Of a DNA stretch of 64,000 nt, positions 14,520 to 28,786 are shown in pieces. Position 1 is the first letter of the stretch; each line of letters opens with the position of its first letter. The position numbers and the translations under genes were made by a program. Source of the stretch: Octopus vulgaris (taxonomy: Eukaryota); the NCBI GenBank assembly GCA_951406725.2, contig OX597838.1:36890001-36954000 (forward strand), given 5' to 3'. The notes under the pieces were generated by a model, which saw only the letters and a program-made list of their open reading frames with translations, was not told the DNA's origin and did no database searches.

Positions 14520-14981
14520 ACACACACACATATTATTCACACACACATATATATATATATATATATGTATGTATATGTGTATGTTTGTGTGTCTGTGTGT
14601 GTAGATATATATACACATACAGATACAGAAGCACACACACACACAAACACACATAGACACACACATATAGATTCATCCTATAGCTCCCTCTGTTAATGCA
14701 ACTTCAGTTACAAACAGGAAGAATATAAGGGCCAGTTGTCATTTCCTATTTCACTGGCCCCATTCTGTACCAAGAGAATAAGGAGCTCATCAACAACAAC
14801 CATGAATTTGACATCAATCAGTGAATTATCAGAAATCCTTATCCAAAGTAGACGTAACACTTTGCAATGTTCTGCTTTCTCTTGTGCTCTGTGTTTGAAT
14901 TCAGGGTCAGATCCAAGAGGTGGGAAGCAGAAATTCTTATCCAAGATAGATGTAACTTTGCAATTTTCTGGTACATTTAAG

Positions 14982-15270
14982 GTGGCAAGCTGGCAGAATT
15001 ATAAGCACACTGGAGAAAATGCTTAGTGGCATTTTGTCTGTCTACATGCTCTGAGTTCAAATTCTGTCAAGGTCAACTTTGCCTTTCAGCCTTTCAGGGT
15101 CGATAAAATACGTACCAGTTGAATACTGGGGTCGATGTAATCGATTTTCCCACTCCACTGAAATTGCTGGCCTTGTGTCAAAATTAGACAGAATTGTTGG
15201 CATGCTGGGCAAAATGCTTAGTGGTGTCTTCACATTCTGACGAGGTCAGCTTTACCTTTCATCTTTTTGA
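14982..15270 (+). mobile_element. SINE family 2 (tRNA-like head, conserved gactttgcctttcatcctttcggggtcgataaa central domain), one copy plus a partial
   Basis: Homology to 36801-37028. Confidence 0.75.
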
Positions 15271-16072
15271 GCGCAGTTCAATTTTCATTTGCCTAAACTT
15301 TAAGTGACCCATTTTTGGTGGTTCTACGATTTGTTGGCTAGGAGGAGATGTGCCGGGAAGTTAAACACACAGACACACAAGTTCGAGTTTTATATATATA
15401 TAGATAAACACTATGTATGCACATGTGTGTGTGTGTGTGTGTGTGTTATCAAAAAATGACCTTAAAATCCCACATTTCCACAAGAACAGTTTTTAAAATG
15501 ACACAAGTACATCCCAAAATCCATTAAACTTGGGAGGTCCAACGAAAGCTATGGGCATTAACTACACTTTCTCTTTCATATTAAATAAACACTGCGTTCA
15601 TACACACACACACGTGTGCGTGTGCATGTATGTATGTGACAGAGAGGTGTGAGTGTATATGTTAAACAAATGAATTATGAAGAATACAAAAATATCTCCC
15701 TGAACAATAACCATCTTTTTTTTTTTTATCAATAACGTGTAATAAAGGGCGTTTACAAATTATGCTTCATAAAAGGGGATCTACAAAAATATTCCCTTAT
15801 ATTCACTCATTCTCTATTAAAAATCATTTATCCCTTGTAGCAATTTTGCTGAATTTTTGTCATCATTTGGGAGAGGGGGGTATTTTTTGTTTGTTTTAGT
15901 TTTCTTTTTTTTTGTTTTGTTTTTCGGTATCCTGTGCTTTGTTTTGTTATTTGATTTATATTTTCTTTTTGTCCCTTTTATATGCTTTGTGTACAGATGC
16001 TTACACACACAAGCATACACGTGTATATATTCACAGATATATATAAACACATGCATGCATACATATACATAC

Positions 16073-16127
<55 letters not shown>

Positions 16128-16395
16128 TATAAATATGTGTATACACTTACACACACATATATATATATATGTATGTATGTGTGTAGTATATGTAATATAT
16201 ATATAGGTGGATGTGTCTGTGTGTATATAGATATATATGTATGTAATATGTATATATGTAATATATATATATACATATATGTATTTATTTGTGTATGTGT
16301 GTATATATAAATATATATACACATACATAAACACATGCTCATGTCTGTGTATGTATGCACACATACATATATGTATGTATTTATGTGTGTGTGTG

Positions 16396-16455
<60 letters not shown>

Positions 16456-17240
16456 CATGCTCATACATATACACATGCTCACGTCTGTGTATTTCTGAAC
16501 CAAGCCCAGAATGCGCAGCAATAAATTATAAATGCATCACACATGCAAACACCGACACATACGCAACTCGTAATTTACATGCATTACTAACTAATAAAGG
16601 TGGCTAGCTGTAAGATATTATTAATGCTGTGTGTACTTAGAGCGTTGTTTGCCGGATAGCTAAATGGTATGTTGCAGCAACGGTGTCATCTTGCTGCATA
16701 TTTAAGCATGCATATTCCCCACTGCACAAAAGCACTACAAAGCATCGAAATTTTCACCGATACAATTTCGCACCCCTGCCCCACCACCACACGCACACAC
16801 ATCCCGCCTTTCAAAGGATCGTAAATTCTATTGCTTGTGTGTTGTATTGTATTGTCAGGACGAATATCACTTTTGCTGTAAATACGGCGTGGAAGTATGA
16901 AATATGAAAAAAAAAAAAGAAAAAGGAATAAAAAAAAATATTCTCCATACTTTGTGTCTGTGTAGGTGCGTGCATGCATATGTGCATTTTGAGAGACATT
17001 TTTTTTGTGGTATATACATCACGCACACACATACGTATGTACAGATGTGTGTATGTATGTATATATATTTTGTTTGACCTCATTCTTGCAGAATACATCC
17101 AATCCCATACTGAATATGCTTGGCAATATAACCTAGTCTTAAATGTCATTGTTGATGCACCAGAGCAGCCATGCCAAAGCAGCATCACAATGAAAGCCAG
17201 CACTAGGATTTATCCTTTTGTTTTTTGCAATATATATATT

Positions 17241-17408
17241 GGAGTGGCTGTGTGGTAAGTAGCTTGCTAACCAACCACATGGTTCCGGGTTCAGTCCAAC
17301 TGCGTGGCATCTTGGGCAAGTGTCTTCTGCTATAGCCCTGGGCCGACCAATGCCTTGTGAGTGGATTTGGTAGACGGAAACTGAAAGAAGCCTGTCGTAT
17401 ATATGTAT

Positions 17409-17444
<36 letters not shown>

Positions 17445-17641
17445 TTGTGTGTGTTTGTCCCCCTAGCATTGCTTGACAACCGATGCTGGTGTGTTTACGT
17501 CCCCGTCACTTAGTGGTTCGGCAAAAGAGACCGATAGAATAAGTACTGGGCTTACAAAGAATAAGTCCCGGGGTCGATTTGCTCGACTAAAGGTGGTGCT
17601 CTAGCATGGCCGCAGTCAAATGACTGAAACGAGTAAAAGAG

Positions 17642-17642
<1 letters not shown>
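17241..17642 (+). mobile_element. SINE family 1
   Basis: Full-length copy. Confidence 0.9.
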
Positions 17643-17692
<50 letters not shown>

Positions 17693-17699
17693 ATGTGAC

Positions 17700-17880
17700 T
17701 GTGTGTGTATCATTGGCAATTTTTTTTGTCCGTCTTCCTTTCCTTGGATCTTTCCTTTTTCTATGTTTCTGACAAAGTGCTCCGCTCGAAACGTTAAATC
17801 CTCCTGTCTTTCCTTTCCTGAGTGTCCAATAACACTCACGTTATGTTTTCTTTTTGTGTTTTCATGTTTGGATTAACTTT
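17700..17880 (+). mobile_element. Hammerhead-bearing repeat family C (PLE terminal-repeat-like)
   Basis: gttt-CTGACAA-a-gtgc(tcc)gctc-GAAA-cg-TT-aaa at 17765-17798; homologue on the minus strand at 47915-48110; flanked by TA repeats. Confidence 0.7.
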
Positions 17881-17904
17881 ATATATATATATATATATAT
17901 ATAA

Positions 17905-18110
17905 TCACAGCTGCCTTTGCCTGATCTTCTCACTAAATTTAGGCAGGCCTCCACAAAGGCATTCAATTGTCATGAGTTGCTGCCATTTCATATTTAGGGC
18001 CATTCGTAGCATCCTTGTGCAGCATCCATTTAGCCTGTTCGTTAATTTTTGGGTCAGTGTCCATGTTTCACTGCCATATAAAAGCACTGATTCGACAATT
18101 GCAATGAACA
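17905..18110 (-). pseudogene. RTE-like LINE fragment, post-RT region
   Basis: LLYGSETWTLT...RMLRMALNMKWQ...LPKFSEKIRQRQL. Confidence 0.8.
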
Positions 18111-18935
18111 GCTTGGGCTGTTCCTGTTTTAGAAGAGAGGGTGACTGGGATGGAGTTGGAAATTGGCGATGAGGTGTCAGAGTGAACCTTTAAGGTACAA
18201 GGTGGGTAGAAATGCGTAGGACAAGGATGCGAGAAGTGAGCTGGGTTAACCTTTCAGTTGGAAATCCTTTCATGGAGTGTAAACATGTAAAATGTACATA
18301 GGTTAACCATGTGTTGGTGAGATTGTTAAAATTTGGAATAGTCTAAAAATGACATTTTTCATTCTGTTAAAGTCTATTTTAATTCCAGATGGTTGATTCC
18401 TTACATTTTTTTTTTTGCATTTAAACCGCATTTAATTAATTAAAATTGCGAAATAAACTTCACAAAAAAATGTATATCATCATCAACATCACCATCATCA
18501 TCATCATCAACAACAACAAGATTTAATATCCGTTTTCCATGATGGCATGGGTTGGATGGCATGACTTCAGGTTCCAAAATCTGTTTTGGTTTGATCTCTA
18601 TGGAACCTGGCGTGGCCCTTGGCCTTGCCATACATGCAAATATGGTCAACCCGTAATCCGACAGACTATTTGGGAAGAAAGTGTGTGCATTAATACCAAA
18701 AGTCTTTTGGTAACCTAGGATCCATTTGTTTTTATTTTATAATGTAATGTAAAAAAAAAATTAAATTTTTAATACAATATATGCTAGCACACAATATAAA
18801 ATGATTAAAATATCAACAGGCTGGGTTACCAAGGTTGTGGGGTTGCAATTTATTTTCAAGAATTATTTTTACATTGATGGTAGCAAGGTGCAGACTCATT
18901 AATGCACCTTAATGAAATGTTTTGCAGTATTACGT

Positions 18936-19101
18936 AGGAGAGGCTGTGTGGTAAGTAGCTTGCTTACCAACCACATGGTTCCGGGTTCAGTCCCACTGCG
19001 TGGCATCTTGGGCAAGTGTCTTCTGCTATAGCCCCGGGCTGACCAATGCCTTGTGAGTGGATTTGGTAGACGGAAACTGAAAGAAGCCTGTCGTATATAT
19101 G

Positions 19102-19138
<37 letters not shown>

Positions 19139-19335
19139 CTGTGTTTGTCCCCATAGCATTGCTTGACAATCGATGTTGGTGTGTTTACATCCCCGTCACT
19201 TAGCGGTTCGGCAAAAAGAGACCGATAGAATAAGTACTGGGCTTACAAAGAATAAGTCCCGGGGTCGATTTGCTCGACTAAAGGTGGTGCTCCAGCATGA
19301 CCGCACTCAAATGACTGAAACAAGTAAAAGAGAAA
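18936..19335 (+). mobile_element. SINE family 1
   Basis: Full-length copy. Confidence 0.9.
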
Positions 19336-19364
19336 AAAGAAAAAATTACTTCTAGGTTTATATT

Positions 19365-21045
19365 CCGAGTTCAAATTCCACCGAGGTCTATTTTGCATTT
19401 CATCCTCTTGGGGTCAAGAAAATAAGTATCATTTGAGCACTAGATATGATATAATTGACTGGCTCCCCCACCACCACCACCACCACCAACTGACATTTCA
19501 GGCTTTGTGCTTATATAGAAACAGTAATAATTGTTTCTATATAGGCAGCAAGCTGGTAGAAACATTAGCAAGCTGGGCGAAATGCTTAGCAGTATTTCAT
19601 CTGTCTTTATGTTCTGAGTTCAAATTCCACCGAGGTCGACTTTGCCTTTCAGCCGACCAAGGCCTTGTGAGTGGATTTGATATTTGGAAACTGAAAGAAG
19701 CCCATTGTGTTAAGAAGCCCATTGTGTTAAGACCTCAGTCAAACCGTTGAACCCATGCCAGCAAGGGAAACGGACATTAATCGATGATGATGATGATAAT
19801 GATGATATGTACTTGTTATTTGTGTCTGTGTTTGTCCTCCCCACATCGCTTGATAACCGATGTTGGTTTGTTTACATTCCTGTAACTTAGCAGTTCGGCA
19901 AAAGTGACCAATAGAACAAGTACTAGGCTTGCAAAGAATAAGTCCTGGGGGTTGATTTGTTTGAATGAAGGCGGTGCCCCAGCATGGACACAATGAAATG
20001 ACTGAAACAAGTAAAGGTAAGTGTATATATTTGGGCCCCATGGAGGCAAGGACAAGAGACAAAGACCATGGTGATATTCTGTGCCATTGCCCATGTCATG
20101 TAGTTGTGGCCAGCCATTGCTGGTGTCTTGTAAATGGCACTTTTGCCAGTGGCACATAAAAAGGAACCCATTACATTCTTAGAGTGGTTGACATTAGGAA
20201 GGGCATCCAGTCATAGAAACCATGCCACAAGAGACTAGAACCTGGTGCAGCTCTTTGGCTTACCGATTCCAGTCAAACTGTGTAACCCATGCCAGCATGG
20301 AAAGTGGACGTTAAATGATGATGATGGTATACATATATATGTGATGGGCTCCTTTTAGTTTCCATTTTATGAAATCCACTCGTAAGGCTTTGGTCAGCTC
20401 AGGTGTACAGTCGAAGACATTTGCCCAAAATAGGTGTCACATTGTGAGACTGAACCAGAAACCATTTTGTTTCTGGTTCAGTCCCACAAGGCGGCGAGCT
20501 GGCAGAAACATTAGCATGCTGGGTGAAATGTTTAGCAGTATTTCATATGCCATTATGTTCTGAGTTCAAATTCCGCCAAGGTCAACTTTGCCTTTCATTC
20601 TTTCGGGGTCGATAAATTAAGTACCAGTTACACACTGGGTTCGATGTAATCGACCTAATCCCTTTGTCTGTCCTCTCTGTGTTTAGCCCCTTGTGGGTAG
20701 TAAAGATTAGGTATTTCGCCCATCTTTACATTTCAAGTTCAAATTCCACTGAGGTTGACTTTACCTTTAAGACGGCAAGCTGGCAGAAACGTTAGCACGC
20801 CAGGCGAAATGCTTAGTGGTATTTCATCTGCTGTTATGTTCTGAGTTCAAATTCTGCCGAGGTCAACTTTGCCTTTCATTCTTTTGGCGGTCGATAAATT
20901 AAGTACCAGTTACACACATGGGGTCGATATAATTGACTTAATCCATTTGTCTGTCCTTGTTTGTCCCCTCTATGTTTAGCCTCTTGTGGGCAATAAAGAA
21001 ATAAGAAACCATTTTGTTAAGAAGCTAACATCTTACCATACAGCC
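19365..21045 (+). mobile_element. Nested cluster of SINE family 1 and 2 fragments and (GAT)n-tailed retroelement 3' ends
   Basis: Family 2 at 19365-19510, 19545-19650, 20491-20770 and 20772-21005; family 1 pieces at 19652-20015; tails ccatgccagcatggaaagtggacgttaaatgatgatg at 19735-19805 and 20100-20326. Confidence 0.75.
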
Positions 21046-21543
21046 ATGCCTGCAGATGATTTCATAGCCCAAAGACAGAGAGAGAGAGAATAAGTTATGA
21101 TTGGAGGCAGACTTGTTCTGCTATTACTAGTATGATAGATGACCACTTAGATAGACTTCTCCACGAACCCCCACCCACTATTTCATTGGATCTCGATTCC
21201 ATTGCATTCAATTGTAATTCTATTGTGTTCTGTCATCATTAATTGACTCTTGTGAAAATGATTTCTTCGTCTTGGCACATTTTGAAAAGCTAAGCAGAAA
21301 ATGTTAAATCAATAGAAGTGATTATTTTGATTGGAACCAATTCTTTTGTTCCTGTTTTGGCATGTGTGGGGGGTGGGGTGGCGATGGATGTATTGTGTGT
21401 GTGAGAGGCAGGGGGAGAGAATGTATTTATAGTGTATGTAAATATCGATACATATTTATATTAAATACCACCATACTATACACACCTGCATTTGTATACA
21501 CAATATACTTTATAAAGATTATGTGTATGTGTGTGTATATATA

Positions 21544-21578
<35 letters not shown>

Positions 21579-21732
21579 ACACACATATGTGATGGGCATG
21601 TACATGTGGAGTTGGCATATATGTAAATATATATATGTGTGTGTGTGTGTGTTTATATACACATACACATATATGCATATATATATATATATATTATATA
21701 TATATATATACACATCAATATGTTTATGTACA

Positions 21733-21771
<39 letters not shown>

Positions 21772-21795
21772 GCACACATGTACACACACATGCAT

Positions 21796-21830
<35 letters not shown>

Positions 21831-22195
21831 CCTACAATTATATTCATGCACATCATGTGGATGGATAGGACGAAGTGTTCATTAAATCAAACACACACAC
21901 ACACACTATTACTCGCACACACACACACAACCACTCACACGTATGTAACTACACCATCTTTATTTTATTATGTTTTGGGTGTTTTTGTAAATTTTTATTA
22001 CTTTCCTGCGTATTTCATCTTTTATATAATTCGTTCATTTTTTTTGTTTTTGTTTTTTTTTTGTTTGGTAAATTCTTTCTTTTCTTCACATTTTCTTCTG
22101 CCTGTTTTATATCGGTTGTCATTTCTGGTGACATTAACAATGTCTTGTTCTCATTAAAACTTCTTGTTTTTGATCTTGTTGCTGTTATTGTTGTA

Positions 22196-23528
22196 ACGTC
22201 ATCATCCTCATCATCATCATTGTCATCATCCTCATCAACGTCATCATCATCATCATCGTCCTCATCATCATCATCGTCTTCATCATCATCATCGTCCTCA
22301 ACGTCATCATCATCATCATTGTCATCATCCTCATCAACGTCTTCATCATCATCATCGTCTTCGTTGTCCTCATCCTCATCAACGTCATCATCATCATCAT
22401 CATTGTCTTCATCGTTGTCATCATCGTCATCATCATCATCATCATCGTCTTCATCGTTGTCCTCATCCTCATCAACGTCATCCTCATCATCATCATCGTC
22501 TTCATCATTGTCATCATCCTCATCAACGTCATCATCATCATCGTCTTCATCGTTGTCCTCATCCTCATCAACGTCATCATCATCATCATCGTCGTCTTCA
22601 TCGTTGTCATCATCCTCATCAACGTCATCATCATCATCATCGTCTTCATCGTTGTCCTCATCCTCATCAACGTCATCATCATCATCATCATCGTCTTCAT
22701 CGTTGTCCTCATCCTCATCAACGTCATCATCATCATCATCGTCGTCTTCATCGTTGTCATCATCCTCATCAACGTCATCATCATCATCATCGTCTTCATC
22801 GTTGTCATCATCCTCATCAACGTCATCATCATCATCATCGTCTTCATCGTTGTCCTCATCCTCATCAACGTCATCATCATCATCATCATTGTCTTCATCG
22901 TTGTCATCATCCTCATCAACGTCATCATCATCATCATCATCGTCTTCATCATTGTCCTCATCCTCATCAACGTCATCATCATCATCATCATCGTCTTCAT
23001 CGTTGTCCTCATCCTCATCAACGTCATCATCATCATCATCGTTGTCTTCATCGTTGTCATCATCCTCATCAACATCATCATCATCGTTTTCATCGTTGTC
23101 CTCATCTTCATCAACATCATCATCATCATCATTGTCATCATCCTCATCGTCATCATCATCATCATCATCGTCTTCATCGTTGTCCTCATCCTCATCAACG
23201 TCATCATCATCATCATCGTCATCTTCATTGTTGTCATCATCCTCATCAACGTCATCATCATCGTTTTCATCGTTGTCCTCATCTTCATCAACATCATCAT
23301 CATCATCATTGTCATCATCCTCATCGTCATCATCATCATCATCATCGTTTTCATCGTTGTCCTCATCCTCATCAACGTCATCATCATCATCATCATTGTC
23401 ATCATCATCATCAATGTCATCATCAGCATCATCATCATTGTCATCATCCTCATCAACGTCATCATCATCATCATCATCCTCATCAACATCATCATTATCA
23501 TCGTCGTCGTTGTCATCATCATCATCAT
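22196..23528. repeat. Higher-order (TCA)n-derived minisatellite, unit about 45-51 bp
   Basis: Recurrent unit tcatcctcatcaacgtca(tca)n tcgtcttcatcgttgtc; open as poly-Ser on + and as Asp-rich or Met-rich on -. Confidence 0.95.
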
Positions 23529-23709
23529 TAGCATACCGGACAAAATGTTTAGCAGCATTTTGTCCGTCTTTACATTCTGAGTTCAAATCCTGCTGATGTC
23601 GACTTGGCCCTTTCCTTCTTTTGGGGTCGATAAGTACCAATTGAGAAATGAGGTGGCCTTGTACCTATACTAAAAAAAGGATTATTACTAATTACTGTTA
23701 TTATTAATA

Positions 23710-23932
23710 AGGCAACAAGCTGGCAGAATTATTAATAAGGCAACAAGCATGCCAGACATATTGCTTTGTGGTATTTCATCTGTCTCTTTGTTCTGAGTTC
23801 AAATTCTGCCAAGGTCATCTTTGCCTTTCATCCTTTCAGGGTTGGTGAAATACATACCAGTCAAGCACTGGGGTTGATGTAATCGCCTTGTCCCCACCCA
23901 CAAAGTTTCATGCCTTGAGCCTTTAGTAGAAA
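23710..23932 (+). mobile_element. SINE family 2, diverged, followed by (ATT)n to about 24080
   Basis: Homology to other family 2 copies. Confidence 0.7.
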
Positions 23933-24040
23933 GGATTATTATTATTTTCATTATTCTTCTTCTTCTTCTTATTATTATTATTATTATTATTATCATTATT
24001 ATTATTATCATTATTATTATTATCATTATTATTATCATCA

Positions 24041-24081
<41 letters not shown>

Positions 24082-24782
24082 GTTTTAAATTTCACTCTCC
24101 CCATATTTGCAACAGAATCAAAGAGTGTCAAAGACTCAGTGACAGTGTCAAATTGGGGTTTCAGAATAAGTTTACTCCCCAAGTGACTCATGGTAGGATT
24201 TAATCAGAGGCAAGAAAGTCTGAAGTAGAGCAAACCTTCATCCAGTATCCATCACTATCTGTAAGTGCTGACTAATTTGGTTGGGACATGTGGTAAGGCT
24301 CTTGGGGAATAGACTGACCAAGTAAGACCTTAAGACCTTAGCTCTTATGTTACTGTATTCCATTTGAAATATACTCCCTTTTTTAAAAATTTATTTTGAA
24401 AATAATGAAGAATTTATCAAGATAATTTTGTCATTATTAATTAAACTGGTGTTTCAAATTTAAAGATTTTAATTAAGAACATTTTGAAACAGGAAGTGTA
24501 TGCCACAGTTCCAAATGTGGTCTCAGGTGGGTTGGTATCACTAAGGTTTAAGGGAACACTTGAGAGCAGTAGCATAGGGGACACCAGAAGGTGAACTGAC
24601 ACCAGACAACCAACAGGGACATTCAACTGGAAAATGCAGTATGGAACTATGCAGACACAGTGGCTGTTGGTTCATCCTTCTTGAATACTTTGACTGCTTC
24701 ATGTGTCACCCAACATGGGAGCACCTGAACCAAAGCATAATTCTTGAAAGGATGAACAACCTTGTTAACCGTAGTCAAGGAC

Positions 24783-24822
<40 letters not shown>

Positions 24823-25283
24823 GAGTGAGATAGCAGTGCATGCCATCAAAGTGACACTGGGATAAAATATACGAAGCCCAATATACCCATCATGACTACC
24901 TGTCTGATAAAGGTACACCAGGCACATGCATCACAACCATATGTGCGCGACATGGTGATCTCATATCAAGATAAACAGCACATGACCTTTTAGGTGGGGC
25001 CCAGTTAGAATTTTCTTCAGGTTGAGTAGCCCATCCCGCTCAAAAGGTCCCTGAATAAGGGTTGTTTAAGGATGTTGAAAGAACCACCCATGTTTCCAGA
25101 GGTGAATTATTCAAACCCCAAAGAATCCCTCTCAACACATGGCTATAATGCTCCCCCACTACTTCTGCTCGTGATCAGAGATGCACATATTGTCAGCTGC
25201 TAAGGGACATGCTCAACTGGTTAAAGTCAAACAACTGACAAGCAAATCTGTGGTATTGAGCAGAATATTTGCTGTAGCCCATC

Positions 25284-25321
<38 letters not shown>

Positions 25322-25360
25322 GAGTGAGAGAGCAGTGCCTGCCATCAAAGTGACACTGGG
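24783..25360 (-). mobile_element. (TAA)n-tailed retroelement 3' end, with a second short copy of its terminus
   Basis: Terminus tgagtgaga.agcagtgc.tgccatcaaagtgacactggg occurs at 24822 and 25321, each after (TTA)n; internal part matches 34157-34283 in the opposite orientation. Confidence 0.6.
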
Positions 25361-25362
25361 TA

Positions 25363-25605
25363 AGGCAGCGAGCTGGCAGAATCGTTAGCACGTCAGGTGA
25401 AATGCTTAGCGGTATTTCGTCTGCCACTATGCTCTGAGTTCAAATTCCACTGAGGTCGACTTTGCCTTTCATCCTTTCTGGGTCGATTAAATAAGTACCA
25501 GTTACGCACTGCACTGGGGTCGATATAATCGTCTTAATCCATTTGTCTGTCCTTGTTTGTCTCTTCTGTGTTTAGCCCCTTGTGGGTGGTAAAGAAATAG
25601 GTATT
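25363..25605 (+). mobile_element. SINE family 2
   Basis: Full-length copy, ggcagcgagctggcagaatcgttagcac...aaagaaatag. Confidence 0.85.
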
Positions 25606-27508
25606 CAAGGACTGGATGAGGATTTGAACCAGATGCTGGATGAAGTCTACCATCCAGAATTGTTCCGCAGACATTTTTACAAAGTCTAATAAGCATTGAG
25701 TAGCATTATCCATTATCGGTGCTATAAATTCTCCAGTTTTGTGAATATAGAAAATTCATTCTCCTGAAATAATCCTATTTATATGTATATGTGTGTGTGT
25801 GTGTATGTCTATATGTGTGTATTTCTATATGTATGTGGTGTGTCTTCTTGTGTGTGTATGTACGTGTGTACGTGTCTCTATGTGCGCATGTCCACATGTG
25901 CATGCATGTGTGTATATGTGCGTATCTGTATGTGTCTGTGTTCAATGTTTGTGTGTGTTTGTATATGTGTGTACATGTCTATATATATTTGTGTGTGAGT
26001 GTGTGTGTGCATCTGTCTGCACATGTCTGTATGTATATGTCTGTGTGTGTATGTGTCTGTATATGTGTGTTTAAGTGCTTATATATTTATATCTATGTGT
26101 GTGTCTGCTTGTATGTGTCTGTGTTTATGTTTGTGTGTGTATGTGTGTACATGTCTGTATATGTATTTGTGTGTGTGTGCATGTGTGTATGCATGTGTCT
26201 GCACATGTCTGTATGTGTGTATGTCTGTGTGTGTGTATGTGTGTGTGTGTGTATGTGTCTGAATATGTGTGTTTAAGTGTGTATGTATTCATATCTATGT
26301 GTGTATGCGTTGTCTCCTTGTATGTGTCTGTATGTGTATGCATCTGTGTCTGTATGTGTGTATGTATATATAAGTGTTTGTGTGAATACATAATATATTA
26401 TTAAGTTCATGATTTGTTGGTGTTGTTTGGGTGTTTGTTATAGTTCTTGTTGTTGTTGTGGTTAGGTGAAAGCCTGAGCTTAGTCAGATAATGAATGCAA
26501 ATTTAGCCTAAAGAACCAAAAGCAAAAAAAAAGCAAAGAAAAAAAACCCTGGCCACAACAGAAAAAATAACAGAAAAATAAAGCAAAAACAAAAACAAAA
26601 GCAAAATGTTAATAACATCATCATCAGCGTAAAACACATCCATAACAACAACAACAACAACTAAAAGAAAACAATGATTCAACAAGAATACCATCTTCCC
26701 TTAGAGTATTTTTTTTACCACTAATTTGAGGATTTCTTTGTATGTGTGTATATGTAATCTATGCATGTGTCTGTCTATCACTCTTTCTCTCCCTCTCGGT
26801 ATATATATATATATATATATTTATATGCACATGTATATATATATTCATATTCATTCTCTATAATATATCTATATATACGTATATATATATACATATGCAT
26901 GCATACACACGCTCACATGTATGTGTGTATATATGTATACACACACACAAACAAATACATATATACATACATACTAACAGATTACCTGAATCCATATATT
27001 GTGACTTAAATTTACATATACATACATATTCACATTTGCATACGCACATGTACATACATACACACAAATACACACACACACATTTAGTTTTCATCATCAT
27101 CATCATCATCACCACCATCATTTAATATGTAATTTTCCATGCTTGCATGGCTGAAATGGAATTTGCTGAAACAGGCATTTTACAGCTGGGTGCCCATCCT
27201 GTTGCCCACACTCACCTGTTTCTGAACAGTGTAAAATTTCCCGGTGGCCAGACAGGCTTTTCATTAAAGACTAGAAATAAAAAAAAAAAAAACCTCACTG
27301 GTATGACAGTGATGCTAGTTGACCAGCATCACATGTTGCCGAGTCAGACACTCCACCGGTTATGACAATGCAGGTTCCAGTTAATCCAATCAATGGAAAT
27401 CATGAACTTAATGAGCAAGTGACTGAGCACTCCACAGACATGCATACCTATTTCTTTACTACCCACAACACAGAGGGAACAAACGGATTAAGTTGATTAC
27501 ATTGACTC

Positions 27509-27680
27509 CAGTCATTTGACTGTGGCCATGCTGGAGCACCTCCTTTAGTCGAGCAAATCGACTCCGGGACTTATTCTTTGTAAGCCCAGTACTTATTCTA
27601 TCGGTCTCATTTGCCGAACCGCTAAGTGACGGGGACGTAAACACACCAGCATCGGTTGTCAAGCAGTGCTAGGGGGACAA

Positions 27681-27713
<33 letters not shown>

Positions 27714-27714
27714 C

Positions 27715-27748
<34 letters not shown>

Positions 27749-27920
27749 ACATATATACGACAGGCTTCTTTCAGTTTCCGTCAACCAAATCCACTTACAA
27801 GGCATTGGTCAGCCCGGGGCTATAGCAGAAGACACTTGCCCAAGATGCCACGCAGTGGGACTGAACCCGAAACCATGTGGTTGGTAAGCAAGAAACTTAC
27901 CACACAGCCACTCCTGCGCC
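27509..27920 (-). mobile_element. SINE family 1
   Basis: Reverse-complement copy. Confidence 0.88.
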
Positions 27921-28786
27921 TATATTTATTTTGGTAAAATGCTTTTTACAGATACGTCTTTTTCATCTTTTGCTGTGGATCAAAATAAATAGATTTGATT
28001 ATGCGAGAATCTTAGCCTGTTTGTTGCAAAAACATGTTTTGATGGTTCTTAGGTCAGCACTTCGAAATTAGCTCTGACTTTTTAATTCAGCAGAGGAAAG
28101 TCTTTTGTTAGAATGCTACATTTCTCTTCTAAGCAAAATTAGCATATAGTGGAATCTGTGTGTGTGTGTTGATGTGTCTATATTCACACCACCTTTTCTT
28201 TTCTCCATTCTTATTCTCATACAGACATTAATCTTTATAATACAGAAATTCTATTTGTTACTATGTTCTGAAATATTAACATAAATGGTACTTTGTATCA
28301 ATAAAATGTTTTACTTAATGAATTCTTAAATACATGTCTTGTTGCCTAGACTAAGTTCCTGTACATTTCTTGGCCCTAGGACCGTCAACAGAGTAATGTA
28401 ATTTACAGTCATTCATGAAATGGGCCTTGCTCATAGATAAATTAAAGTACATCAATAGAGAAATAATTAGAAATAGGACATTACCTTAATCTATTTTCTG
28501 TTTTTGAGACAGAAGAAAAGCATCCAGCCCACACTGTTAAGTGGTTGACATTGAAGGGCATCCAGTTGTGAAAACCATACCAAAAATGACCTTGCCTGTG
28601 CTGGTGCCACATAAAAAGAACTCAGCCCATTCTGTGGGGTGGTTGGTGTTAGGAAGATAATCTCGTTGTAAAAACCATTCCAAAACATACACCAAAGTAT
28701 GGTGCATTCTTCTGTGTGTGTACATGCCGGATCTGGCATCTTACCCCTACCCTACAATGTCATTCTAAAAACTAAATAAATACATA

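Noticed and set aside
14708-15026. Non-repetitive short ORFs on both strands
   Set aside because: No recognisable domain; probably an old retroelement remnant.
22196-23528. Regularly spaced repeats considered as a CRISPR-like array
   Set aside because: No unique spacers; eukaryotic trinucleotide-derived minisatellite.
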